A DNA stretch of 62,458 nucleotides, filler included, from Sphacelaria rigidula (taxonomy: Eukaryota), in the NCBI GenBank assembly GCA_964200075.2. It is 6 parts of 6 records of this genome, joined end to end, with 100 filler letters (N's around TTAATTAATTAA, not from the genome) between each part and the next. Parts side by side here need not be neighbours in the genome. Positions count along the whole stretch, not along the records: positions 10,430 to 20,757 come from CAXNAA020006714.1; positions 20,858 to 31,183 come from CAXNAA020006715.1; 4 more parts are not named here. The stretch is one strand, 5' to 3'. Each line of letters starts with the position of its first letter. The stretch's first letter is position 1. This document shows positions 12,168-25,030 of the stretch, one piece after another. A program made the translations under genes and the position numbers. The notes beneath the pieces are model-generated. The model was given only the letters and a program-made list of their open reading frames with translations, did no database searches and was not told the DNA's origin.

Positions 12168-14035
12168 GGGCGTGTCTTAGGCCAACTCCAATGGTAGCCG
12201 TTCAAAATTCCTGTTTAAAACTGCCTTTTAGGCCCTTCTCCGTCGATTTACGCCCGAAAAGAGGGCTAGACGCATGTTGACGCAGTGGAATGACTTGCTC
12301 TACTCGTTGAGGCCATTCTAGGTCAACTTTACATTTCCCGCTGGCCGCACTTTTGTTTTTGGCCAAATGAGGCCAAACACGAACTTTCAGTATAAAACGG
12401 TCAGGCGATCAAAATTTCCCTCGTTTCGTTGATCGCTTGACTGTCTTTTGTTGAAAATCCGTGTTTGGCCAAAAATGAAAGCGCCACCAGCGGGAAATGT
12501 AAAGTTGCCCTGGAACGGCCTCAATGAGTAGAGCAAGTCATTCCAAGGCGTCAATATCCGCCTAGCCCTCTTTTCAGGCGAAAAACGACGGAGAGAGGTC
12601 AAAGAGGCAGTTTTGAACAGAATTTTTGAACGGCTTCGATTTTTTTTTCCCCTCACACTTTGAACCCCTCCCCTTCCTCGGGATGAGTCCGTGGTCTCAA
12701 GGGATCAACCCGTCNNNNNNNNNCGCACCGCGTCAACTCACGTCACACAAACTTAGTCGACTCCTTTGTTTACTCACGTTCTCACGCTTTCCAGGGTGGA
12801 AATCATACATTACGAAGGAAAAAACGAACACATCGGAAATTGAACCCCCGTTCTCTCCATCCCAATGGCGATAGTCGGACCATTACACCACCGGGGCGCG
12901 GCACCATTAGAGTCGGTCTAGGGCAAAAAAAGCAGTTTGCAACAGGAATTCTGAACGGCCCCCATTAGAGTCGGTCTAAGACCGATTCTAACGGGGGCCG
13001 TTCAAAAATTCTGTTCAAAACTGCCTTTTTGGCCCTTCTCCGTCGTTTTACGTCTGAAAGAGGGCTACGCGGATATTGACGCCTTGGAATGACTTGCTCT
13101 ACTCAAAGAGACCGCGCCAGGGCAACTTTACATTTCCCGCTGGCCGCACTTTCATTTTTGGCCAAACACGGATTTTCAACAAAAAACGGTCAAGCGATCA
13201 ACAAAACGAGGGAAATTTTGATCGCCTGACCGTTTTATACTGAAAATTCGTGTTTGGCCTCATTTGGCCAAGAACGAAAGTGCGGCCAGCGGGAAATGCA
13301 CAGTTGCCCTAGAACGGTCTCAACGAGTAGAGTAAGTCATTCCAAGGCGACAACATCGGCCTAGCCCTCTTTTCGGGCTTGAATTGACGGAGAAGGACCC
13401 AAAAGGCAGTTTCAGACAGGAATTTTGAACGACTCCCGTTAGAGTTGCCTTAGGGCGTGTCTTAGCACATCGCTTTCCGATCGAAAATGTGGGGTGGAGA
13501 ACAAAAATCCTGATTTGATAAATCATAATTTCAACCATCGTCGAAAATTGTGAAGATCGAGATTTGTTTCTTCAACCGCACATTTTCGATCGAGAACCAA
13601 TATTTTAAGACCGACTCTAATGGGAGCCGTTCAAAATTCTTGATTAAAACTGCCTTTTTGGCCCTTTTCCGTCGTTTTTCGCCTGAGAAGAGGGCTAGGC
13701 GGATATTGACGCCTTGGAATGACTTACTCTACTCATTTAGGCCGTTCCAGGGCAATTTTTGCATTTCCCGCTGGCCGCACTTTCATTTTTGGCCAAACAC
13801 GGATTTTCAACAAAAAACGGTCGAGCGATCAACAAAGAGTGGGGAATTTTGATCACCTGGCCGTTTTTTACTGAAAATTCGTGTTTGGCCTGGTTTGGTA
13901 GAGCAAGTCATTCCACGGCGTCAACATCCGCCTAGCCCTCTCTTTTCAAGCGTAAATCGACGGAGAAGGGCCCAAAAGGCAGTTTGAAACAGGAATTTTG
14001 AACGGCTTCTTTTAGAGTTGGCCTAAGACACGCCC
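12168..14035. mobile_element. Cluster of PIF/Harbinger (Tourist-like) palindromic MITEs
   Basis: Three ~420-470-bp self-complementary units at 12180-~12918 (interrupted by a SINE), 12980-13449 and 13609-14023. Ends are G(G/A)CC(A/G)A(C/T)TC(C/T)AA...TTAGAGT(T/C)GG(C/T)C-like, each flanked by TAA or TTA; unit 3 has an exact TAA TSD (13606-13608, 14024-14026). A second family with GGGCGTGTCTTA termini is interleaved. Confidence 0.8.
12655..12903 (-). mobile_element. tRNA-derived SINE family A (head to tail, with an assembly gap)
   Basis: Minus-strand head GCCCCGGTGGTGTAATGG (A box)...GGTTCAATTTCC (B box), followed by the family A body and tail. Inserted into a Harbinger MITE arm. Confidence 0.75.
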
Positions 14036-15429
14036 TTCGCACTTTATTTTCGATCGAAAAAGTGCGGTCGATTTTTTTCGCCGATCTGATACGTGCACTG
14101 CAATTAAGTTCCCAGAAGGCTTCAACTCAAAATCAAAAGTAGGGGCTCGCGGAGAAGAATGCAACGAGGTTGAAAACAATCGTGTTCGATCGAAAACATG
14201 CGGTCGAAAGGCACGAAGCGGCACTTGTCTCCTATCTTACAGACCCCTATGCCAGATAACACCTGTTCACAGGACCATGCAAACTCCATCCAACTCATTC
14301 TCGGCTACCACCGCAATCCTGCAGCATAGCGCACGAGTTGAGCCCAGGAATAGATACACTGCAGTACAGTAGTTGATTGTGCTTTATTTATTTATGTTGG
14401 CGAAAACTTTACTCTGCATCTTCTCTCATGGTGAGGATCAGCGACGGGACTGCGTGGTACGGTGCGCAACCGAGTTGCGTGCACGCTCATGGACAGTGCA
14501 GGCAGCACAAAGCTGCACGTTGCTGAAGTACTCTTCACGTCGCATTGTAAGAAGAGAGAACTGATAGTCCTGGGCTGTATACACTGCACGTTGCCCGCTT
14601 CTCTTCTGTATCCTCCTGAACGAAACACGCACACACGCACCCAAGACACTGCTTGCAAGCAATGCAGACAGTACAGACATACAATAAAATCCGGCTCCAA
14701 AATTCACCGAACTGCGGCAAATCGGCTGTTAAATTCACCGAACTCCGAACGCCGGGAAATCGAATTTTAGGAACACAGAAAGGCCTACAAACAGGCAACA
14801 ACAAACACAGCGCCTATGATTGTTGTTGATTGAAATCATATTGATATGACGCGTCGCGCTTACACGATTCACACGCCTATGGTGTAAGGAAATGTAAATA
14901 TAATCGCGTTACCGTTTGAACGTCATGTGTTGCAAATATACAATAAAGGCTGCGATTGCCATAAAATAGACAACCCAGAAAGAGACGACGCAAAAACCTA
15001 AAAACTGCGACACCAAAATGTACCGAACTCCAATAAATCGTTCCGCAGTCTGGTGTCACCTGTGTTCATCGCGTGTATGCATGTATGCGTGGAATTTCCG
15101 TTTTTCAGAATCAAAGTGTCAGATCCAGCATCAGGGCTCCGCGTATTGCCTATTACGCGCACACTTTCAGGCACTGACTGCGTGGGTCGAAGATCGAACC
15201 TCGCCCTCGTCGAACGTGAACAATGATGGAAAAACACTGCACTATCTCATCAAGCTTTCGAAAATGAAAAATGTCGCAGGGTGAAGTAGAGCTGAAGGGT
15301 TTTGTGAAGTGTACTGTTTAAGAGTAGGTGTAATTGACCCGCTTGCACGGGAGCGTTCACACGTAATCTTAGTTAGACATATAAATATGTATGTTCATTC
15401 TAGGTCTTCTCGTTTGTTTGACGCAAGTC

Positions 15430-15565
15430 GACGAGGTGCGGGAGAGCTAGTCATTATCCAACCCGCGAGATCAAAATGCAAGGTGTGTACAGGGGAGAGG
15501 TGGGTTGATCCCTTGAGACCACGGACTCAGCCCGAGGAAGGAAGGGGGGGGGGGGGGGGGAAAGT
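15430..15565 (+). mobile_element. SINE family A, 3' fragment
   Basis: CGCGAGATCAAAATGCAAGG...GGGTTGATCCCTTGAGACCACGGACTCA matches 3760-3850. Confidence 0.65.
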
Positions 15566-15817
15566 GTAACAAGGCACAGAAAAACACACACAGTGCACTA
15601 TGTCAACCCGAATCCTAACAGCAATGATTGTCACCACTACAGCGCCTAGACATTTCCGGTCTACAAGCAGGTAGAGGCTGGACCACAATGATTTTCATAG
15701 CCACATCATTGGTCCCAACAGATTGCATGACTGTCGCTGACGACAAATTCCACAATCCCTGTACAACCCACATCAACACCTCTGCTACTACCGCCAAATA
15801 AACAGCAAGTAGCACAC

Positions 15818-16121
15818 CTTGGCGATCTTCTGCAGTGCACCGTCCTTGTACACGATCTCGTTTCCCTCGTCCTCTTGCCGAAGGTGACCGGCGTAGCTCT
15901 CGACGCGGATCCTCTTCCTTTCCTCCTTCAGGTGCGACGACGCCAGGTCATCCGTGGACATCTCCAGTAAGCTTTTCATGCTCGTACCACCGGTCAAGAG
16001 GTCCTGTGTGTCATATTCGAGCATGTGCGTCTCATTTTCCAGGATGCACGTGTCATACTTCAGCGTGTGCGTGTCATAATCCACCACGTTAATGTCATTT
16101 TAAGATGTCACTTTCCATTGC

Positions 16122-16152
<31 letters not shown>

Positions 16153-19100
16153 TACCGACGACCAATAAACTTGACCGTGTAGCACTGTACAGAAGCTGAC
16201 ATAATTTTAACCCTTCGACCGCAAGCGTGATTTAACCATACTACTGACTCGTCTTCATATTTTGGGGTGATTCCCTTGAAAGTATGACAGAAGGAAGACT
16301 CAGAATGCCCTATCCCGGCAGTCAGAGGCCCGAAACGAAACTATCAAAATGAACAATTCCATCGCTCCAGAAACCTGCGCTCGACCTGCCGGAAACGCGA
16401 ATGGTTGATGTGGGAACCCTTCTGACACTCAATTCTACGCCGAGGACTGTCATCCAGCTCTTCTGCGAGAATAAAATAACCCCTCTTTTGATTAGATTTG
16501 ATTGGATTCAATTGCCGCACATCAACTGACCTCCGAGAGATTCTTACAACATCGGAAACAGCGGAAACGGCAGCGACACGGTACTCACGTACATATAGTC
16601 CGTCCACATTTGCTTCCGTGTGCACCACCACCGGGTGACACTCTAACCTGCATACACAGAAAGGTTAAGCAATTTTTGCGACAATCTGCATAGCTGCCGA
16701 CTTTTGATCTAGGGGCAGCGAAAATGGTCAAGGGGGGGGAGTGTACTCATGATCATGCATGCCATAGTCGTAAGACCAGTGACCTCGCGTCCCTACAAAG
16801 CCTGGACGGAGCACGCCGGGTTTCCGCCGGACTAGGCTTGCACTCAAACCACCAAGCACGAAGCGCCGTGNNNNNNNNNNGCCGTGGTGTGTTCGGCGAG
16901 TCGCATGAAGGGTGAGCTGTATTCTGCTACGATTGTTCGGCCCAAAGCCCACTGATTATCTTGCATTTGGATGACAGCAAATAATGAGTTGATTCATTAT
17001 CCAGTATCGCCACTCCCAGAGACAGTCACGGCTTATACACTGCCTCATGGGTGCTTGCCTGTATTTTTTATCGCGAGAGGTGTTGAGCAGTCTCTTTCCC
17101 TCGTCGACCGTTGAGTCGAATTTTGTGCATACACGAAATAGTCGCTCTCCTCTGCTGGGCATGGTGTGAGAAAAATTCCTGGATCGCTCCGAGATTTGAA
17201 CCCACGACCAACCGTCAGAAGGTTTCGAGGTTACCGACTGAGCCACCGGGGCGACCATAAGTAGCAATGGGGAAAATATGGATTGCACGGAACGTAGAAG
17301 TTCTCTCTAGCACGAGATCAAGACGTCGAAGGAAATACCTCATGCACCACAACACCCCCACACCATAATCAACGCTAACCCCCGCCCCATACAAACGTAG
17401 AACAAGTCCCTTGCGCCACCGATTACATCCATACCTTGAAGAGCTCGGGGTTCTTGGCGAACTTAATGTTAAACCGAAGGGACTGTGCCTTCTCCTTGTA
17501 TTTCCCACGGTCCGACCGCGAGAACACGTTCAGCTCGTGCTCTAAATCCCACGCCAGCACGCCGGCCATCACTGCCACCTCCGCCGCAGCCGCACCCTCC
17601 GCCGCCGCGGCTCCCGAACGACCCTCCTCTGCCCCACCAGCATCACCTTTGTCACCCGCGACCCCCAAAGTCACCATTCCTTCGGAGAACAATTCTCGGA
17701 ACCGATCCCGAACCTTCTGACGAAATCTCATCGCGGGAGTCAGAACGTTCCTAGTACGTACCGCCTCCAGTCCCTTCGAAAACTCCTCTTCGTCCTGCGC
17801 TGTCCAAACAGCAGCCGCCGCCGACGCTGCTGCTCCTGCCGCTTTGTCCTTCGCCGCGCTCTCATTTGATACTTGTGAGTTGCTACCAGGGGCCGCGGCG
17901 GCGGCAGCTGCTGCCCCACCCCCCCCTCCTGCCGACGGCTGCTGTTCGCCACTACTACCGCCCGCAGCTCCGGCGGTACCACCTCCACTTCCGCCTGGTG
18001 CTCCCACCGCCGCAACCGCAGCGTTACCATTCGAAGCGGGCACAACACCACGGGATCCAGTTGTACTTGCCACCATCGAGGACGAGTGAAGGTTTCTGTG
18101 AAAAACTAGGAGCGCCTGGCACGCCTGTTTCTGCGCAGCGACGGTACAATCTACCGAGCAGAAAGCGACTTCGTTCGAGACGGCATTCGTGCAACCCTTG
18201 GCCAGACAACGCGGACGCTTGATGCCCATGCCGCCGGGGGTCGGTGCCCCCGGCGCAACCGGCGGCGCCACGACAACGGGCGCGGGGCGCGCTGCCGGCG
18301 CCGGGGCCGGCAGCGCGTCTCTACCCAGCATACGATCGAGCAACGACGACGCGCTCTCGGGGCGCGGGGCGCGCGGGCCCGCCGGACCCTTCTTCGCTGC
18401 CGCCGCTGCTGCTGCTGCCGCCGCCTTGGCCTTGGCCGCCGCCGCCCCCACCGCTGCCGACCCGGCCGCCGCCGCGAGCCGGGCTTGCGCGGCGCTAGTC
18501 GGCGAGCTCGCGAACGGCGACGACGGCACGGAGGCGGCCGCAGCCGCCATCTTAGCAGCGACGCGCTGGGCGGCGGCGGCGGCGGTTCCGGGTATGATAG
18601 CAGCGCCTCTGCTGCTATCCTCGCCCCTGACGGTTTGTTGAACCTGCCGCCGCTCCTCCGCTGCCAGCCACTCCACGAATCCCGGCGGCATGATCCAGCT
18701 TCGCGACGGCGGGTCTGTCCAGTCGTGATCTTCCCAATGTCGCCTGTGTACCCGACAGCCGTGCAAGGAGCAGGTGTTGAAATGAAGGGTAACGAGCAGG
18801 AGAGGCGACGGGCGAAGGGAGAGAGACATGCTTCGTTCTCATGGTGCTACAAGTAATCCAATAGGAAACAAAAAATTGAACGAGATAAATAATGAATGCT
18901 AGATGAAATATCTCAATAATCAGCATTCTAAAATCCACATCTTCTCCCAGAGAAGCGACTTTCCCTCTCGCCTTCGCCGTCGCCGCCTCTAGCACCATCC
19001 CCCATGTCTCAATCATGAGACCGCCACAAAGAACAACAACGACAGCAACATGCAATCGCACGCGTCTCACCTGTCTAGACGGCACTGCAGCGCGGTGGCC

Positions 19101-19712
19101 TTGCCCTTCTTGCAGGCAGAACACGCCTTCAGAGGAAACGGACACGTTCGCTGGGCTCTCGAACCCCGCGTCATGCGACCGCTTGTGTTGACTGGGAAAC
19201 GGGCATTGCTGGAAATCCCGCCCGTATACGTGCGAGCAGCACTCGGCGCAGCAGCAGAACGAACAACGGTAGTAGCAACAGCGGCACTAGCAGCACTAGC
19301 GGCAATGACGGTACTAGCACTAGTGGCAGTAGCAGTATTAGCGGCAGACGCAGCAATAGCGGCGCCGGCACCGCCGGCGGGACTACTAACAGTAGCCGCC
19401 GCCGTCCCGAACCCAGGCTGCCCATACCCAGGGGGTAATCCCGTTTCGACAGCAGATACAGACACTTGGCCGTTGCCTGCGACACTGCCGGCGCTGCCTT
19501 CAGCACCGCCTGAGCTGACGGAGGCGGCGACGGCGTCGAGCGAGGTGGGGTTCATGAGTTCGGCGGCCGCGGACGCAACGGCGTTGGCCTCTGCCTCGCT
19601 GCCGCCGTCGTTAATGCCCCCATCCACGTCGCTGCTGGCCCAATCAACGTCATTGAGGTCGATCGCTCCGGCCATCTCGTCGTCCAGTTCGTCCGGGTTG
19701 TTTGACCCCACA
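15818..19712 (-). CDS. Zinc-finger + TFIIS central (TFIIS_M) domain protein, DIDO1/PHF3/Bye1-like (partial, internal exons)
   Basis: Phase-consistent GT-AG exons 19712-19071, 18743-17435 and 16003-15818. TFIIS_M-like sequence RQKVRDRFRELF...LAWDLEHELNVF...KYKEKAQSLRFNIKFAKNPELFK|DLLTGGTSMKSLLEMSTDDLASSHLKEERKRI. Cys motif CLAKGCTNAVSNEVAFCSVDC. A possible further 5' exon ends at 20482. Confidence 0.85.
16120..16153 (+). repeat. (GC)n(GT)n alternating purine-pyrimidine microsatellite
   Basis: GCGCGCGCGCGCGCGCGTGTGTGTG... within an intron. Confidence 0.9.
17040..17256 (-). mobile_element. tRNA-derived SINE family B
   Basis: Head CGCCCCGGTGGCTCAGTCGG (A box)...GGGTTCAAATCTC (B box). Body CCATGCCCA.CAG...CACAAAATT.GAC is shared with 23790-24122 and 60755-61075. 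Confidence 0.75.
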
Positions 19713-20757
19713 CTGCAGAATACGTTGAATGAGGAACAGATGGGTTCGGGAAGGACTGAACACTACATGTACACGTATGCAGGTTGGTGGGGGCAGTGAA
19801 GGTAAAGGTCGAGCTCTACTACCTCGTCGGAATTGATTAGATGTATTGGAGGTGCTCGTCGTGTTTTTTTTTCTTTCCGCATGATGGGCAGGAAAGGCAG
19901 GAGAGAGGCTCACACGCAACAGAAGGAAAAAATTAGGTGCGTGTGGCGCGCGGCGGGAAGAGCAACACGTGTGACAAAACATGTGTTGTTGCTCTATACT
20001 GTACAGAGATCTGTTTGACCCGGAAACTCCTCATCTCCATCGGGCCGGTACTGCAGTTCCAGTTTCTCGACATTCTCTGTTGCAGTTGGCAAAATAAAAA
20101 AGCTGCCATCTCGGGAAGCACATCCGGAGCATGCATTGCATCCACCAGCCAAACAGCTGTGAGCCGGGGAAGGCTGGCTTCAACCACCAGTTCAGTGTGA
20201 ATAAAAACAAGGTCAAGCCACAGTCACCACGCAAACAGCGAGAACAAGGAAACACACACACACACACAAGAACACAACGCAACGCAGCACCCCACAATCG
20301 TGCACTGCCCCACTAGATTCTCTTGACCAACCCAAACACAGCACCAGCACCAGCCGCACCCCACCCTGCCGGGTCAAACGACTCGTATAATTTTCCGGTG
20401 ACGACAAATGAAACAGAATCCATCTCTCAACCATGCACACAACTCCAACCCCAATCCTAGCCCGACCACTGTGTGCCCGACCTTCCGAGATGGTGCGCTA
20501 ACTCAGGGTGCTCCGGTGCCTTCAGGCTCAGCTCGTGGGCCAACGTGGTGCGCAGGCCGCCGCCCACCGCATACAACAAGCCCCGGTTCGCCTGGAGCTC
20601 CTGTAGTAGTTCGCCAAGCAACGGTAGTAAGAGCCGCGCGTTAGCCGCGGAGGTAAGGGCGGGGAGGGGGGGGGGGGGGAGGCCACAAGGAGAAAAAACG
20701 GTGTGGCACAGGGCCCGGGGGGGGGGGAAATAGGTGAAAAAAAAAAAGAAACCACAC

Positions 20758-20857
20758 NNNNNNNNNNNNNNNNNNNNNNNNNNNNNNNNNNNNNNNNNNN
20801 NTTAATTAATTAANNNNNNNNNNNNNNNNNNNNNNNNNNNNNNNNNNNNNNNNNNNN
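20758..20857. other. Artificial contig linker
   Basis: Same N44-TTAATTAATTAA-N44 linker. Confidence 0.98.
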
Positions 20858-21823
20858 GGTGTGGGGGGGGGGGGGGGGGGGGATGGGGAAGGGGGCAACG
20901 TTTTTTAACGCTCTTGACATGGACGGCGTTATATGGACCTTGTTAAGGCGTCGATGTTCCTGGAATGGTTCACAGATGAGTCTTGCGACATCGTCAGTTA
21001 CGTCGTTTGGTCCGCAAACTGGTCTTGTCAGAGATTTTCATGTTTACCATCTGATTTGGAAGATGGGGATGTGAGCTTCACATTTTTGTCGTCCTGGATT
21101 GTTAGTTTGGAAGATGACGGTGTGATGATCACCATCAAGATGCCTCGCATAGACAGGCGGGTTCCTCAAGTCGGGCGATGGGATGGTCCTGCGACGACCG
21201 CCTTCACGTGCAAGTAGCACCTCCTACTAGTGCTCTGAAATTTCATAACTTCAAAATTTCCACCCGTGTGGGCAAATAGAAACAATATCGTGTCCTTACG
21301 GAAGGAAGACTGGCTGCCGCGAGAGCCGTAGTCATACCCCGGTTGCCGAGTCATTGGTGGCGAATGTAGTGGATGTAGTGTGTGGTATGTGCGCACAGGG
21401 TTACTCATTAGGAAGAGAGGTGCCAACCAGAGTAGCTAGCCAGCTGCCTCGTGCGGCGGGAAATTTTTTCGTGAAACTGTCTCGAGGATTCCGGTCTCCC
21501 AATCCCAGGGACGCCGGGATCGTGCTGTATTTTTGTATCGTTATCTTCAAACAAGAGAAAAAAAATCGATCTCTGCGCAGTACCTTCTCAACATCAGCAC
21601 GGGACATGGATGCGGATGTCCTTCGTGATCAGAGGCTAACTGCCCAAAATTAGGTGTATTAGGAAATCATAGAAGGAAAACATGAAAAATGGGACTCGGG
21701 CAAATCAACACACACGCGGGATAATTGAGTTATGAAATATTAGTCACGATAGCTGACGTAGTAACGTCAAGTAATAATGGCCAAGCGTGTCTCCATGGTC
21801 GTGGGTCCCTTGTTACTACATAG

Positions 21824-22378
21824 GTGCCGATTCCGGATCAATGGCGGGAGCTGATTCTTCAGGGCATATCCACGCACCACGCCGGGTTATTGCCTGTGTT
21901 TAAGAGCTTCGTTGAGGAGCTATTCGCTGATGCCCTCGTCAAGGTGGGATGGAAGAACCCTGCATTCATGTATCGCTAGATATACTCTTAAAAAAAATGT
22001 ATATGTCGAACATGGCACAAGAAATAAATTCGTTGGACTCCAGGAATATGTCTGCTGTCAGATTTCCCCGCAAGTTTTTGAAGGACCGCTTTTGTACAAA
22101 AGGCATAGATGGATGCTGAATGGACATGGGAGATTCGTAGGAGCGACGCAAAATGTTCTGTTTTTCGCGCCACTAGGCATATATATATATTTTTTTTTTC
22201 CTGGGTTGACTTCATTGGCAGGTGTGATGTATTTGTTGGACCACACCCCGATTAACTCGTGGTGTCTGAGAAGAAGCAATGATCGCTCTGTCTCACGTAA
22301 AGAATAGCAGTGACGATGCTGGGAAGGTGAGCCTAAGTCTTGTGACCACGGGTTCGAGAGATCGGACCAATGTGCGTA

Positions 22379-22415
<37 letters not shown>

Positions 22416-24998
22416 TAGTGATTGAGCTGTGGAGCGGAGAGACGTTACTGTAATAATAAATAGGAATGATGATTGTAATTGTAATAGTAGTACGTCATGC
22501 AGCCGCTCTTCGTCATATATTGAAGCGAGGTAGCATGCACTTTTTTTGTTCATGTGTTTTTGCACTGTTTTGCTGCTGCTGCTCCTGTGCGGTGAAATAT
22601 TCTTTCATTTATGATGATCACATGTAGTGGTGGCGCGAGCTCTACCAAATATTACGTTTTGCTGTAGTGCGACGGCAATATGGTGGTGGTTGCGGCTTAT
22701 GCACCGATCGGTATGGCCCTTGGCATATGTGTAGCAACGACCCTTCCTGTGAAAACGTTGTCCCGCCATCGAAAGCATCTATTCCGAATTCCCCGCCCTC
22801 CCCTGGGAAAAAAAAAGGCCGTCTGTTTAGAGTTCAACCGGGGTTCCGGACTGAGGTGTAACTACTCTAAAGTCACCAGTCTGTGCAGTGTTTGCTCGAA
22901 ACTATCAAACGGTAATTTTGCGTTTTTTCTTGTCGTGCATGGCGAACTATCGGCTCCGAGTTCCGAGTTTCGAGTGCATCTACTACACCAAAGTCTCCTC
23001 TTCGAAACAAATGGAGCGATTACTTTTTCAGAGTACGTTTTGAGCGCCGTCAATGTACTGGAAAGACGTGGGTGCCGTCGGTCTTTGAAAAGGGAGTTGA
23101 TGCTGTTGGGTGTTGGTGTCAGTCAACGTGGGGGGGTCATTGAGACACGAGAGTTCACTCGTCAACCAGACAGGCACGAGGAATAATGTTTTGAGGAGCG
23201 TAATTTGTTTTTGCGCGAACGCTCTCCCCCACTCAACTTTAAGGTGAGCGGTTCCGGTATTGGAATATAGTTTTGTAATTGCGGTTCTATGACAGGGCGT
23301 GACTGTCATGTTCCAGTGTCTTCCCGCTGCCTCTTAGATACGCTTCTACTTATTATGCTAGCACGGGTTCTGTGTGCATGTGACGCATCATTATTTTCGA
23401 GATGATCGACTTTTCAAAAACCGTGCTAGCATCGTAGGTCAAAGCCCGCTTTTAGAGGATAGTGATATTCTGGAGTTGGATTGCGAAGTACCGCTGTAGT
23501 GTGGATAATAACAGGGTGCCCAAAATGGCCTAAAATGTCTTGATGGGCTGCAGTGCACGAGTACCAGCGTTGTTCCATGTGTCGGTGCCACACTCGAACA
23601 CGTTGGACATCTCATGAGCTACCTAGAATCACTAGTCCAAGAGGACTCCCAGATCCGTTGGGCAATAACATGAAATGTGTGACAGCGGGGTCCGAGGAGC
23701 CAAATCCCCACCAAATGCGTTACACTGCGTGCTCTGCGTCAAGCATTTCGTGCTTTTGTGTGTTGTGTTGTGATCTCATCTCTTCTGGACGCCAGCCTAC
23801 ACCTTTCTGTATATGTGGGCGCATCAGCCGGGGTCACACCGGAGTATGGCCAACACGGGAGTTCCTTTTTTTTTTTTCTCATGTTTTCAGTTCTCCACCT
23901 TACTTCTGCGGTGCTTGCTTTTTTTTTCATCGTGAGAAGGGTTCAACGGTCCTTCCCCTTCCTCGACCATGACGTCTAATTTTGTGTACCCACGACATGG
24001 TCGCTCTCTGCTGTTGGGCATGGTTTGAAAAAATTCCAGATCGTGTGAGTTTATGGAGATACGAACCCACGAGCCAACCGTCAGAAGGCTTTGAGGTTAC
24101 CAACGGAGCCACCGCGGCAACCGTCTTTTTCATATTTTTTTTCATTTATGATTTTTTTGTCGCACTTTGAACCTCTCCCCTTCCTCGGGATGAGTCTTGT
24201 ACGCAGCAAATAAGGAAAAAAAAGGAACCAAATGAACTAGCTTGTGATCCGGAGCAGCACACAACTGAGAAGTAATATGAAGGTAGCTCATGAGCTGTTT
24301 GACATGCGCACACTTTTGGGTCGAATCGAAACTCGTAAAACCGTGCTCGATGTACGAGCTGGGCAGGTGACGTGCCGTTTTAATAATCTGAGTTGGGAGC
24401 TGAAATTTTGACACGCGATTTTTATCATCGATTTTACGGAACATATTCGAAGGTGAAAAAAAAAAAAACGATAAGAGAGGCCAGAAATTCCAGGGGAAAA
24501 GAGAGATATGATGATGTCATAACTCAATGAACAACGGAAAAAAAATGTGATGTTTCAAGCACGAATATTTACCTTGCGTGCAGAAGATCTTTAGAAAATT
24601 TCCGCTTAAAGCTCCCAAGCTTGGGTGGGCTGCGCATGCAACGTTTTGCGCGAAACCGCTGCATCGCTGTAATCTGAGTGATACAAACGACTTCAGTTGT
24701 TGAGGTCACGGATCCGAATCCTGACTGATCCTTGTTTTCCCCGCAGAAGCTGATTCCGTCGTTTAGGGCATATATGGATAATGCAGTACATTTCTCCTTT
24801 TTTTAGAGCGGCAGAGTGTTCGTCCTCAGGTTGGTCTGCTGTTTCACAGCTATATACGTTTTGTTTATGGGATTGATTGTAGAAGCTGGAAAAGGTTTTG
24901 TGTGCCCGGAATATGCGCGTTTTGCAGCCGGCCCAGCTCGTACTCGATACTGTTTTTTTTTTTTCCCTTCAATACTTTTTTCCCTTTCCTTCCTTGTT

Positions 24999-25030
<32 letters not shown>

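Noticed and set aside
17436-19799. Long + strand ORFs opposite the TFIIS_M gene (and similar overlapping ORFs at 50202-51112)
   Set aside because: Shadow frames of GC-rich, low-complexity coding exons.
22680-23186. 168-aa ORF starting VVVAAYAP, like a LINE APE endonuclease motif
   Set aside because: No following GDFN/NG/DH motifs; intronic and probably chance.
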